This document shows, piece after piece, positions 26,565-38,070 of a DNA stretch of 64,000 bases. This DNA comes from the human T2T-CHM13v2.0 reference genome, Homo sapiens. The notes under the pieces were generated by a model. That model saw only the letters and a program-made list of their open reading frames with translations. It did no database searches and was not told where the DNA came from. Each line of letters starts with the position of its first letter. Position 1 is the stretch's first letter. Made by a program: the position numbers and the translations under genes. The stretch is from NCBI RefSeq assembly GCF_009914755.1, contig NC_060944.1, one strand, 5' to 3'.

Positions 26565-28322
26565 GAGTTTGGAATGTCCTAGAGACTTGTTGAATGGCTT
26601 TGTCCAAAATGCTGATAGTGATATGGACAATAAAGTCCAGGCTGAGGTGGTCACAGATGGAGATAAGGAACCTGCTGGGAGGTGAAGCAAAGGTGACTCT
26701 TGTTATGTTTTAGCAAAGAGACTAGCAGCATTTTGCTCCTGCCCTAGAGATTTGTGGAACTTTGAACTTGAGAGAGATGATTTAGGGTATCTGGCAGAAG
26801 AAATTTCTAAGCAGCAAAGCAGTCAAGAGGTGACTTGGGTGCTGTTAAAGGCATTCAGTTTTAAAAGGGAAACAAAGCATAAAAGTTTGGAAAATTTGCA
26901 GCCTGACAATGCGATATAAAGGAAAACCCCATTTTCTGAGGACAAATTCAAGCTGGCCACAGAATTGGCATAAGTAATGAGGAGCTGAATGTTAATCACC
27001 AAGGCAATGGTGATGGCAGCCCTTCCCATTATAGGCCCAGAGGCTTAAGAGGAAAAAATAGTTTAGTGGGCCAGCCCCAGGGTCCCTCTGTTGGGTGCAG
27101 TCTAGGGACTTGGTGCCCTGCATCCCAGCTGCTCCAGCCGTGACTAAAAGGGGACAAGGTACAGGTCGGGCTGTTGCTTCAGAGGGTGGAAGTCCCAGGC
27201 TTTGGCAGCTTCCACAGGGTGTTGAGCCTGTGGGTGTACAGAAGTCAAGAATTGAGATTTCAGAGGATCTATGGAAATGCCTGGATGTCCAGGCAGAAGT
27301 TTGCTGCAGGGGTGGGGCACTTATGGAGAGCCTCTGCTAGGGCAGTGCAGAAGGGAAATGTGGGGTCAGAGCCCTCACACAGAGTCCCTATTAGGGTACT
27401 GCCTAGTGGAGCTGCGAGAAGAGGGCCACCATCCTCCAGAACTGAGAATGGTCGATCCACTGACAGCTTGCACTGTGCACCTAGAAAAGCCACTCAACAC
27501 CAGCCTGCCCATGAAAGCAGCTGGGAAGGAGGCTGTACCCTGCAAAGCCACAGGGGTGGAGCTGCCCAAGGCGGTGGGAGCCCACCTCTTGCATCAGCAT
27601 GACCTGGATGTGAGACATGGAGTCAAAGGATATCATTTTGGAGCTTTAGGATTTGACTGCTCTGATGGATTTTGTACTTGCATGAGGCCTGTAGCCCCTT
27701 TGTTTAGATCAATTTCTCCCATTTGGAACAGCTGTATTTATCTAATGCCTGTACCCCCGTTGTATCTAGGAAGTAACTAACTTGCTTTTGATGTTATAGG
27801 CTCATAGGCAGAAGGGGCTTGCCTTGTCTTTGATGAGACTTTGGACTGTCGACTTTTGAGTTAATGCTGAAATGAGTTAAGAATTTGGGGGACTGTTGGG
27901 AAGGCATGTTTTGTTTTGAAATGTAAAAATGGATATGAGATTTGGGAGGGTTCAGGGGTGGAATGGTAAGGTTTGGCTGTGTACCCACCCAAATCTCCTC
28001 TTGAATTGTATCTCCCACAATTACTACATGTCATGGGAGGAATCTGGTGGGAGGAAATTGAATCACGGGGATGCGTCTTTCCCATGCTGTTCTTGTGATA
28101 GTGAATAAGTCTTACAAGATCTGATGGTTTTAAAAATGGAAGTTTTGCTGCACAAGCTCTCTTCTCTTGTCTGCTGCCATGTGAGATGTGCCTTTCAGCT
28201 TCTGCCATGATTGTGAGGCCTCCCCAGCCACCTGGAACTGCAAGTCTAATAAACCTCTTTCTTTTGTAAATTGCCCAGTCTCTGGAATGTCTTTATCAGC
28301 AGTGTGAAAACAAACGAATACA
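26565..28322 (+). mobile_element. THE1 (MaLR) internal region plus 3' LTR (LTR ~27964-28322); 5' LTR missing
   Basis: THE1-int motifs (CCTAGAGACTTGTTGAATGGCTTTG; GCAGAAGAAATTTCTAAGCAGCAAAG). PPT then LTR GGTTTGGCTGTGT.CCCACCCAAATCTC...AATACA. Confidence 0.88.
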
Positions 28323-28323
28323 G

Positions 28324-28542
28324 CAGAGATCAGAAAACTTTGGCAAAGGGTCAGATTCTAAACATTTTAGGCTTTGTACATCGTATGGCCTTTGTGGCAA
28401 TTACTCAACTCTACCATTGCAGCACAAAAGCAGCCATAGGTGACCTGTAACTAAACTGGTGTGGCTGTTTTCCAATAAAGCTTTATTTACAAAAACAGGC
28501 AGCTGGGGATTTGGTGTATGGGCCAATGTTTGGTGACCCCTG
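28324..28542 (+). mobile_element. MER58-type hAT MITE
   Basis: ATTTTAGGCTTTG...ACTCAACTCT..CATTGCAGCACAAAAGCAGCCATAG...TTTATTTACAAAAACAGGC...GACCCCTG. Confidence 0.75.
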
Positions 28543-29373
28543 GTCTAGAGGGACGACACAAACAGCCCAGGAGCCCAGCAGGGCCTTGACACTCCTTAGA
28601 GCATCTTGCTATCGAAATAATGCATTTCCTAGTCACTGAAATCCCTGTTTGCTTATTTTTTGTTACTTGCAGCCAGAAGCCCCCAGACAGATACAAGTGT
28701 GCCAGCTCCTGTGCCCACTCCTCCCCTGTTTCCTACTGGCTGCACTGGGGTGGGTGGGGGAGGCCAGGGGTGGACAGGCAGCTGGATGGTGCACATCTGT
28801 CTGCTCATATCTGACTGTCCATCCATGGGAAGATTTTGAGGAAATTGGATGAGGAAACAGCGTGGGTGGGATAGAGCATCCCAACTCTTCCAAGCCAGTG
28901 ACACAGAAGGCCGGCTGACTTCTCTGCCTCGGTTTCCATGTCTGAAGAATGGGGTGTTGTGAGAATGGAAGCAGTTGTGGAGTGCAGGCCTGGTCCCTCC
29001 TGGGAGCACGTGTTTATCCCCCATGGACAATGGACGTGAGTCTGGCCCTGACCTCAGGCAGTGCAGTGACCTTGGGGAGGAGCCATGAACGCCACAAGCA
29101 GTGCAGTGACTGCCTCAGTAGAGCCGGCACAGAGAAGCTGGGGGCATCCTGGGAGGCTTTCTGGAGAAGGTGCTATCAGAACTGGGTCTGGGTCTGAATG
29201 ATGTCAGGGCAATGTGGGCTTTGAGAGAAGGGGATCCCAGGCAGAAGGGGCAGCAGTGAGCATAGCCACAGGGAGAAAATGGGGTGTGTGGGGGGAGAAA
29301 CCGGTGCATGTTGCTGGAACATCTGGGAGATGCCAGAGAGAATGGGAAGGCTCTGCAGGGCCTTGTGAGCCTC

Positions 29374-29460
29374 GAGGGAGGTCAAGGCTGCAGTGAGCTA
29401 TGATCATACCACTGTACTCCAGCCTAGGTGACAAGGCGAGATCCCCATCTCTAAAAAAAT
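29374..29460 (+). mobile_element. Alu 3' fragment
   Basis: GGAGGTCAAGGCTGCAGTGAGCTATGATC...CATCTCTAAAAAAA. Confidence 0.8.
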
Positions 29461-30287
29461 TTTATTTACAAGTAACGCATGGATTTTTGACAGCAAGGGG
29501 GTTCAGCGTGCCTTGAACCCCTCGTTGTTCAAGGGCCAAGTGTAGTAAAATAAATGAGACAGGGTCTGTAGTGGGTGCTGCAGGTGCCCCCAGGTCCCAC
29601 TGGAACCCTTTAGGGAGTCTGTACAGCCCTCCCCCTGTCTCCATGAGCATTGCTAGTGGCTGGCTTCTGGGAGGACAGTTCTGCAGCTTCTGAGACTCAC
29701 TCCTCCATCTTGTGCACCAGGAGCCAGAGGGGTCTGGGACTCTACCTTTCCAGGGTCCAGAGCCCCCACAGGTCCTCTTGGGATCAAGCTGAGGCTGGAA
29801 CTCTGTCCACAAGTGTCTCCCTTGCTCAGGTTCTCCCCCTCCTTGATCCTCTTCCCTGACTCCCTTAGCGGAAGCCCCCTGGGAGCACATCCTTAAAACG
29901 TCCTAATCCCTTACACACAAGGCCACGTCTTGGGGTTACTTCTGGAAGAACCCTACCTAAGACAGTTTCTTTTTTCCTTGCAGACCTTATCAGAGCTTTC
30001 GTCATGCTATGGTGAATAATGATTTCCCGACGGAGGAAAAGTATGCAGTGTTTTGCAAAATTGTTTAACAACGACCACCCCCTTTACCAGAACCTGCCTG
30101 AGCTAGTGTTTTCACTGGGCTCCCTGAATGCTGCCTGAACTAATAAAACAGAAAGTTTGAACGAACTGTTCAAGGTTGCCCAGCAGCTCCGAGGGATCGC
30201 TTCGCCTCCCTTGAATGCACCCGGGGTTATTGTAGAAAGGGGTGGGAAGTGAGAAGAGCTACATTTGGCCAAAGAAGTGAAAAAGCC

Positions 30288-33200
30288 TCATTCCAAAGAA
30301 TTGTAAAATTTATTGTATAAGTATTGCAGCTTTTCAGAATGTCATCATTGCCACTAATGATTACTGATACACAACAAGCAGTTTCTTCAGGCCTGTGGAT
30401 TGGCATCCAAATACAGAGTCTTACGCAGCGGGGACGTGGGTGCGCGCCCCGCATGCCACGGAAAGCTTACATAAGTTTAACTTGAACAGAGCTTGGGAAA
30501 TGGGGCTGCAAAGGAGAGCAGTTCCCACGCCAGGAACCAACGTGAAAGCATTGGAATCAGCACAACAGCCATGGAATCAGGCAGGCAGGGGAGGACGGGC
30601 TGTGTCCTTCTGAGCTCTATAGTACAGCAAGATTTCAAGCAGTTTCCAGAAAAACAACAACAACGACATTTTCTTTCCTTATCGACGGGATATTTTATGG
30701 TTCTGGAAGCTTCGTGTTGCACATAGGAAAAAAAATTTCTCTGAAACGTACAATTCATAGGGACGACCAATGAGGACAGGGAATGAACCCGGCTCTCCCC
30801 CAGCCCTGATTTTTGCTACATATGGGGTCCCTTTTCATTCTTTGCAAAAACACTGGGCTTTCTGAGAACACGGACGGTTCTTAGCACAATTTGTGAAATC
30901 TGTGTAGAACCGGGCTTTGCAGGGGAGATAATTTTCCTCCTCTGGAGGAAAGGTGGTGATTGACAGGCAGGGAGACAGTGACAAGGCTAGAGAAAGCCAC
31001 GCTCGGCCTTCTCTGAACCAGGATGGAACGGCAGACCCCTGAAACGAAGCTTGTCCCCTTCCAATCAGCCACTTCTGAGAACCCCCATCTAACTTCCTAC
31101 TGGAAAAGAGGGCCTCCTCAGGAGCAGTCCAAGAGTTTTCAAAGATAACGTGACAACTACCATCTAGAGGAAAGGGTGCACCCTCAGCAGAGAAGCCGAG
31201 AGCTTAACTCTGGTCGTTTCCAGAGACAACCTGCTGGCTGTCTTGGGATGCGCCCAGCCTTTGAGAGGCCACTACCCCATGAACTTCTGCCATCCACTGG
31301 ACATGAAGCTGAGGACACTGGGCTTCAACACTGAGTTGTCATGAGAGGGACAGGCTCTGTCCTCAAGCCGGCTGAGGGCAGCAACCACTCTCCTCCCCTT
31401 TCTCACGCAAAGCCATTCCCACAAATCCAGACCATACCATAAAGCAACGAGACCCAAACAGTTTGGCTCAAGAGGATATGAGGACTGTCTCAGCCTGGCT
31501 TTGGGCTGACACCATGCACACACACAAGGTCCACTTCTAGGTTTTCAGCCTAGATGGGAGTCGTGTACAAACCTTGGCAAAAAAAGGTTGGAGGAGCAGG
31601 AGTAACCTCACCAAGCTAGGCACCTCCCTGGTAGAGACAGGGTGAGGACGCGCGAGGATGATGGGGTGTCTGAAAAGCAGGAGCCCTTGGTGGACCCTGG
31701 GAGGGGATACCAGTCCCAGGTGAGTGAGGCACTGTCCGGGAACGTCCTCACCGAGCGACGGGAGTGTCACTGCTTCTTCAGTAAGGCACTAGAGACGCGT
31801 CACATAAAGGAAAGATACGTTTTAATCATCTTTACAAGTGCGTCCTTGTACCTTTCGGGATAACCTGTACTGATTTCTCTGCAAGACCTTTTCAAAGAAT
31901 CCTCTTCAAGAGAGAAACAAATTTTAGGCTGACGACTTCACGGAGAGGCAGGTTCTGCTGTTGCCAATGAACGAGAACTTTCTACTAGGCTGGCGGCATG
32001 CAGAGCCCACGTCTGTCAGCTGCCACCTTCGTAAAGCACACGTTTCACATGCATGAGCTCGAGTGGCTAGAACTTCAAAACTGTGCTCAGGTTTTTGTTT
32101 TGGAAGTTATAAAAAAGTTGCTCACAAACAATAGTTATTGCCTTTTATATCTTTTATGTTAGTCTACTAGTCAGCATTCTGCCCAAAATGGAAAGCCACT
32201 CCCATGGGAAGGGAGGGGGTAGCAGCTGGGAGTCTGCTCTTCCAGCTGGGGGCCCTCCCACCCCCATGGGGAGGAAAGACGTCAAGCTCCAGCCACTGGC
32301 CCCGGTGGGTCCCAAAGCCCCACCCCTCATGCTCTCCTCTGGTCACCTCTATTTACGCTCACATGCCCCTTCCTGTCCTTCACCTGCACGTCACCAGCAG
32401 GTCCCGCCAACCCCAAATCTATCTGGTGAAAACCTGGAGAACAAGAGCGGAGTCTAAGAGAGATGTAAATGAAAACACAGATCAACAGACACACCAGAAG
32501 GGAAGCGTTGTTTCCGCGGGGAAAGGAGATGGAAAGGGGAAGAGAAGGTGAAGAATTCTGCGCCCGAAGCTCGGGTTGGTGTTTGCTCAACTGCTTTACT
32601 CATTTTAACCCTTTCACCTATCCTGGGAGAAACCCAGGCTTGTCACCTTTTCATGTTGGGTTGTTTATTGGCCTCTTAAGTGAGAATTGATCCGTGAAGG
32701 GAAACAGACAGGAGGAGGTCAGATTGCGAATACCTGGGGCTTCCTAGGGTCCAGTGCGGCAGTTACCGCACCTGCCTTCACCGGTGAACCTTTAGCCAGC
32801 TGAACAACCACCAAAGCGCCCTGCAGAGACAAGTCATCGAGCCCTCTGGCATGTCCCTGGTAGCCCGGGCACCAGCCGCTGCGGCTTGTGAGGGGCACCA
32901 TGCTCCACCCCACGGGGACCTTCACAGTTGGAAAAAAGAAGAGGAAAAACTAATTCCTTCGGTAACAGTTTATTTTCATTTTTGGGAAAGGCAAAACCAC
33001 TACCTGGAACTCGGTGCCTCCGTGGTTAACTTTCCTATTTTGCTTGTGATTTAAAGGCTGTTCTGGGTCAGGGGGGAAAAGGTGTCTCCTTCGGTAGGGA
33101 ATATATAACGTGGTGATAACCTGTCACTAGGCAGAAGCATCCACTCTGCAGGGACAGTGGCCCCTCGGGAAAGCCCGCCGCTCCTGGCCAAGGCCTCTCT

Positions 33201-33948
33201 GCAGACTCCACGGGGGCTCACCCTCTGCCGTCAGGCGACTCTGAAATTCCGACATTTCTCCCTTAAAGTCTCAACAGACACAAGAGAAGTTTCCATCAAG
33301 CAAGCACTGACATATTTATATTAAAAAATAGTGCAAAATCTCAACATTTATATAAATAACTCTAAACCCCTGCTTTGTAATTTTTTTCTTTACAAGGTAA
33401 TACACACTTTCTGACTTGGCACTCAAAAATTGCCATTTTTTTCCTCTTCTAGTTCAGAAAACAACTTTTTTTTTTTAATAGGCCTCTTCTAATACAAAAA
33501 TACTCCTGCCCTCGCACATACAGTTTCTCTTATCTTATATATATTTATATATATAATATTGCAGATCTTTAAACAAAGGTTTTGTGCAAATATGTCTTTA
33601 AAGTTAAGTGAAATTATCATAAACAAAAGAAAATAAGCATTCACGCACGCAGCTCAACTAGAAACAAGAAAGACTACTGTAGAAATTTTTTTTCTTTTGC
33701 CTTCAAGACACAGCTCAACAAAGAAACGTGGTTTTTTTTTTTCTTTTTTCTTTTTTTTTTTGCAAGCTCTCTTAGCTTGTGCATTCAGACCAGACATCAC
33801 ATGTAAATATTTATACACAGGGAGGTGGGAGGGGAGGGCCACACGATGCGTTGCTGCGCCCCCCGCCTTCCTCTCACTCCTCTTCTAAGAAGCGCGGAGT
33901 GTTCTGCCTTTTCACCTACGCAGCCCCAGCCCGGCCCCCCTGGGGACC
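30288..33948 (-). other. PMEPA1: PMEPA1 3'UTR (~3.66 kb, last exon); 3' end approximate
   Basis: Follows the TAG stop at 33949-51, has no recognisable TE, and ends ~20 nt after an AATAAA followed by a U-rich downstream element. Confidence 0.85.
30309..30314 (-). terminator. PMEPA1: Distal polyadenylation signal AATAAA of PMEPA1
   Basis: Minus strand reads ...ATACAATAAATTTTACAATTCTTTGGAATGAG|GCTTTTTCACTTCTTT. Confidence 0.85.
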
Positions 33949-34760
33949 CTAGAGAGGGTGTCCTTTCTGTTTATCCTTCTCTTTGCTCCAGATGGCTGCG
34001 CTCTCTAGGGGCGCGATGTGTGTGTGGTGGAGCCGGGTCCCCTCCAGCAAGGAGGGCGGCCCACTGCTCTGCTGGTGCTGGAAGGAGGACCCCGGGTAGT
34101 GGCCGATGACCTCGCTGTAGGTGGGCGGCGGCCCCTCCATGCGCCCGCCGCTGCCGTAGCACGTGGCGCTGATGCCCGAGTTACTGCTGGGGGGGCAGGG
34201 GCCGCCCAGCCTGGCACTATCCATCAGGTCACTGTCGAAGATGGTTCTGTTTGGGGGTGCGCGCACCGACTCCCGGTTCAGTTCCAGCTGCTGCTCGGGG
34301 TCCCGAAGCTGGAGGGTGCAGGGGCCCTGGTAGGGTGGGGGCTCCTCCCCGTCCGACAGCGAGATGGTGGGCGGCAGGTCGATCTCGTGCTGCAGGTACG
34401 GATAGGTGGGCTGGAAGCGGTGGAAGCGCTCCCGCTGGGCGAAGGGCGGCACGGCCAGGCGGTCGGTGGGCCGAGGCGGGGCGTAGACCTGCGGCTGGAG
34501 GAAGCAGAGCGGGAGTGAGGGAGGGCGGCTGTCTCAGGTGGGTTGTCCAGAAGCGATCCTGAGACTGGAGTTCTGCTGCATGGGACTTGGCTCTCTGGGG
34601 AAAGGGAGAGGGCAGCAGGGCTGGCGGGGGCGGGAGCCCAGAGCCTGATCCCGCGGGGGCCCTGGCCTGGGGGGCAGCACTGCAGAGCTGCACCGCCCTC
34701 CTCCAAACAGTGGCAGCGTCCGTGCTCCCGTGTGCAGAGAGCAGAGAGCTGGGCTGCTCC
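33840..34760. other. CpG-island-like GC-rich block over PMEPA1 exon 4 and intron 3
   Basis: Visibly dense CpG relative to the flanks. Not formally computed. Confidence 0.7.
33949..34494 (-). CDS. PMEPA1: PMEPA1/TMEPAI exon 4 CDS (PQVYAPP...KGHPL*), with PPPY (34330-41), Smad-interaction motif PPNR (34246-57) and PPTY (34117-28)
   Basis: Recognised PMEPA1 C-terminus. Acceptor CTTCCTCCAG (AG at 34496-95). 546 nt = 181 codons plus TAG. Confidence 0.98.
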   Translation of the reverse strand, partial: PQVYAPPRPTDRLAVPPFAQRERFHRFQPTYPYLQHEIDLPPTISLSDGEEPPPYQGPCTLQLRDPEQQLELNRESVRAPPNRTIFDSDLMDSARLGGPCPPSSNSGISATCYGSGGRMEGPPPTYSEVIGHYPGSSFQHQQSSGPPSLLEGTRLHHTHIAPLESAAIWSKEKDKQKGHPL

Positions 34761-34928
34761 CTCAGGGGCAGGGAGCAGATGTTCTCCGGCAAGGAGGATC
34801 CCAGCAGCAAGGGCACTGCAGAGGAGGGCGGAGGGGTGAGCCTTTAGCAGCCCACACTCTTCCAGCCGCAGCGGGAGCAGCCCAGGGTGGGATGGGGGTG
34901 TTGGAGGGGAGGCCGAGGGAGGTCTCAC

Positions 34929-34982
34929 CTCTGGGATTCCGTTGCCTGACACTGTGCTCTCCGAGGGCCACAGGCATCCTTC
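34929..34982 (-). CDS. PMEPA1: PMEPA1 exon 3 (EGCLWPSESTVSGNGIPE), 54 nt, phase 0/0
   Basis: Acceptor CCTGTGCAG and donor GTGAGA. In frame with exons 2 and 4. Confidence 0.97.
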
Positions 34983-36345
34983 CTGCACAGGAAGAAACGT
35001 ACAAGCAGGGTCAGTGGGGTGGGCAGGAGGGACAGCAAAGGCTCAACCCAGATTCGACTCTTAGGCCTTTACCCTGGAATCAGCTCTTGAACCCGCCCAC
35101 CTCTCTGCATCGGAACCAGCTTCCCCAGCCCCTGGCCCTGGGCGCTTTTCCAGGACGTGAGCGCAATCACCTCCTCACTGATCCCTGAGGTGCCCTCTGC
35201 TGTCCCCTGAAAATCCAGCCTGACACTTTCCAAAACATACACCCACTTGTGGGGCCCCCTTCTCAAAGCTGCCTGTAGCTTCCCGTGGGCCTCAGTGGCT
35301 TCTCACCAGGCTGAACATGGCCTCAGCCCCTCACCCCTGGCCCCACTCCCCTGGGCCTGGGCCCCCTGCTGGCTGTGTGACCTGCGTCAAGTTACTTAAT
35401 TTCAACGCTGCAGTTTCTGTACCTGAATTACAGTTCTTGAGATTACAGTACTTGCCTCATAGTTGCTCAAGCACTTGCTGAATTTGAATGTAAAAACCAC
35501 CCGGAGCCCACGTGGCACTCAGGTAGCATGTGAATGTGCTGGGTGTCACCTCCACACTCCCACCAGCCATGCTGACCAGCCCCCTGGGGCCTCAACAAGC
35601 TCAGCCCGAGCCCCAGGTCCTTTACACGGCAGGCCAGGCTGCACGGCCCGCTGCTGTCCACTTTCAGTTCCAGCGTCCCCTGCAGACCCTTGGAGACCAG
35701 CATCTGAAGGGCCTCTCCCGTGAACCTTGTCATCTGTTGATTCCCTTTCCAGCACCTGTCCTAACTTAATCATTGCTTCTATGCATTTATTTCTTTACAG
35801 TCTTTCTCTCCCTTGATCTAGTGAGCCCATCATTACTGATGTCCCAGTTCACAGGTGAAAAACAGGAGAGTTGAGGAAAGTGCCCAAGGCGGCTGCTCTG
35901 CCATAAAACAGTGATTCAGCCTCTGGCAAAGGAGGTGTGTGGTTCCACTGTGGCGCCAAGCTCTGGTCTGGGTGCAGGGGCACAGCTGCCACTTCATGAA
36001 GCTTATGCCATCTGCTCTGAGGAAAATGAGACCCCATGCCAGGACCAGTTCCTCTGAGTTTCCCCAAATGCCATGACGGTGAGCCCTGGGCCCGGGGAAA
36101 GGGATGTCTGTTACTTTTATAGCTTCATTGAAATATAACTGATATGCAAATAAATGGACATATTCAAAGCATACAATTTGGTTCGGGCATATATTTATAC
36201 CAAGAACCTCTCACCACAATCAAGATAATGAGTATGTCCATCACCTCAAACGTTCCCTTGGGGCAGGTTTTTTGAGGGTTCCCAGGTAGGATACCGCTCA
36301 CCTGCAGCCTGGGTAGGAACGGCCAGAGGGTGGTAATTTCCCATA

Positions 36346-36362
36346 TGGCCACTAGGAGGCTC
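36346..36362 (+). promoter_or_regulatory. Candidate CTCF site TGGCCACTAGGAGGCTC
   Basis: One mismatch to CCASYAGRKGGC, with a possible upstream module GTAATTTCCC. Confidence 0.45.
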
Positions 36363-37691
36363 TGTGGCCCCTCAAAACTGTCCCGTCAGGACCGCTCCTA
36401 CCCCTTAAGGAGGTCTTAACTGCCTCGTCTCCTGATTTAGCGAATGGCTCTGATATTCTTCAAGTTGCAAAGCCAGATCCACAGGATCATTCCTGACAGC
36501 TCCTCTCCCCACCACCCTTGTTCCACCCACCCTTGATCCCCTCTCACTTCTCCCTCTATTAGACAGTTCTATCCACCTCTCTCCCCAGCATCTGTGCCTA
36601 GTGGACAGCAAAGTCCTATGGAACCAGGGCCTCCATGTGCAGACAGTCCATCTGCAGCCTGCAAAAATGCAGATTCTGTAGCAGGAGGGCTGGCGAGCCT
36701 GCGTGTCTCACCATCTCCCAGAGGCTGCGAGTGCCGCTGGTCTTTGAGGTCCTTGAGGGGTCTCCCAGGGTCTCCTCCACTCTTGCCCTTCCCCAGGGCC
36801 CTTCCTCCTCACAGAAGTGGGAACATCTCCCTCATGCCCCCCACCCCACACCCTGCCACTCCTCTGCTTAAACCGTCTGGGCCCCCCGCTGCCTCCAGGA
36901 GAGAAAGTTCCAACCCCTTACCGAGGCCCATACCCCCTAGATGTCCACGGCCGTAGTATAGCTGTTTCCTTTAACGGGTTTTCCTATCTGTATAGCGGGC
37001 TGATGACAGCGCCTGCAATGCACCATACAGTGTGTTCTGCAAGGTGCCCAGTGAACACAGACTCTCACGTCTTGCCTTTGGATCTGAGCCCATCCTGGGT
37101 CTGGACCAATGGCCCCTCTTTCCTCCCTTTCCTGAAGAACTTTGACTGGCCCCTCAAGCCTCTGCCCAGGTGTGCTAACCCCAGAGCTCTCCGTTAGCCC
37201 CCCAGGCGGGTCAGGCACCTCCTCCCATCTCCTCCAGTCCCCTCCTGCACCACAGCCTTTGTCCCTCTGCCCCCGGTGGCCTATTCAGGGGTCTCACTCG
37301 CCCTGCAGGAGCTGCTACCGTTTCCCCAGTGCCAGGCGCCGGCGTGCTATGCAGTCAGGGAGTGCTCAGGTTGCTACTTAAGTGCGGAAGTTGCTGGGTG
37401 ACCCGTGCAAGTCATCTTTGTGGAATTAGGTTCCAAAGTGGCTTGAGAAGTCGGGGGAGGTGGGCCCAGCTTCAGAATTGTCTGGAACCTTCCCCAGCCT
37501 CTGGCTATGTCTGCCAGTCACCCCAGGTGGAGGACAAGGACAGGTTCCAATCCTACAGCCACTGCTGACGAGCCCCCTGCTCCCAGCAGCCTCCAACCAC
37601 TCCCAGACTCCCAGGGCTCGGGGTGGACTCCTCTTCTTTGAAGTGGGCGCACCCAGTCCACCTGCGCCTTCCCCATTTAGATGCTTCTAGA

Positions 37692-37920
37692 CCAAGGGTC
37701 TGAAAACTGTTTCCATAAAGAGCCAGAGAGTAAAATATTTTCTGGTTTGTGGGCCGGCGGGTCTCTGTCATACCACTGAACCCTGCTGCTACAGCCAAGC
37801 GCAGCTATGGGCAAAACGCACTCGAAAACACTTCATTCACACTCAGAAAAGACCTCATTGACAAAACCAGGCAGCCGCAGTGAGCTGACGCTCAGGCAGC
37901 TCCTCCCAGACCCCTCCAGA
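37692..37920 (+). mobile_element. MER58-type MITE
   Basis: AAAGAGCCAGAGAGTAAAATATTTT..GGTTTGTGGGCC...TTGACAAAACCAGGCAGC, preceded by TTCTAGAC. Confidence 0.6.
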
Positions 37921-38070
37921 GTCTTAACACCACGAGGCCAGAACGTAGCTGCCCATTCTTCCCCTGGAGTCCCCAGGAACATCCAAGGGGACGGGATGGC
38001 CTTCTATCAAACTTCGAGGACTCAGAGATGTTTCTAAAGAATAAAGAGATGTTCCTAAAAAATTCGGTAC

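Noticed and set aside
27095-27780. 142-169 aa ORFs
   Set aside because: Remnants of THE1 internal sequence.
30864-30881. Androgen response element-like AGAACA...GGTTCT
   Set aside because: The spacer is 5 nt rather than 3 nt.
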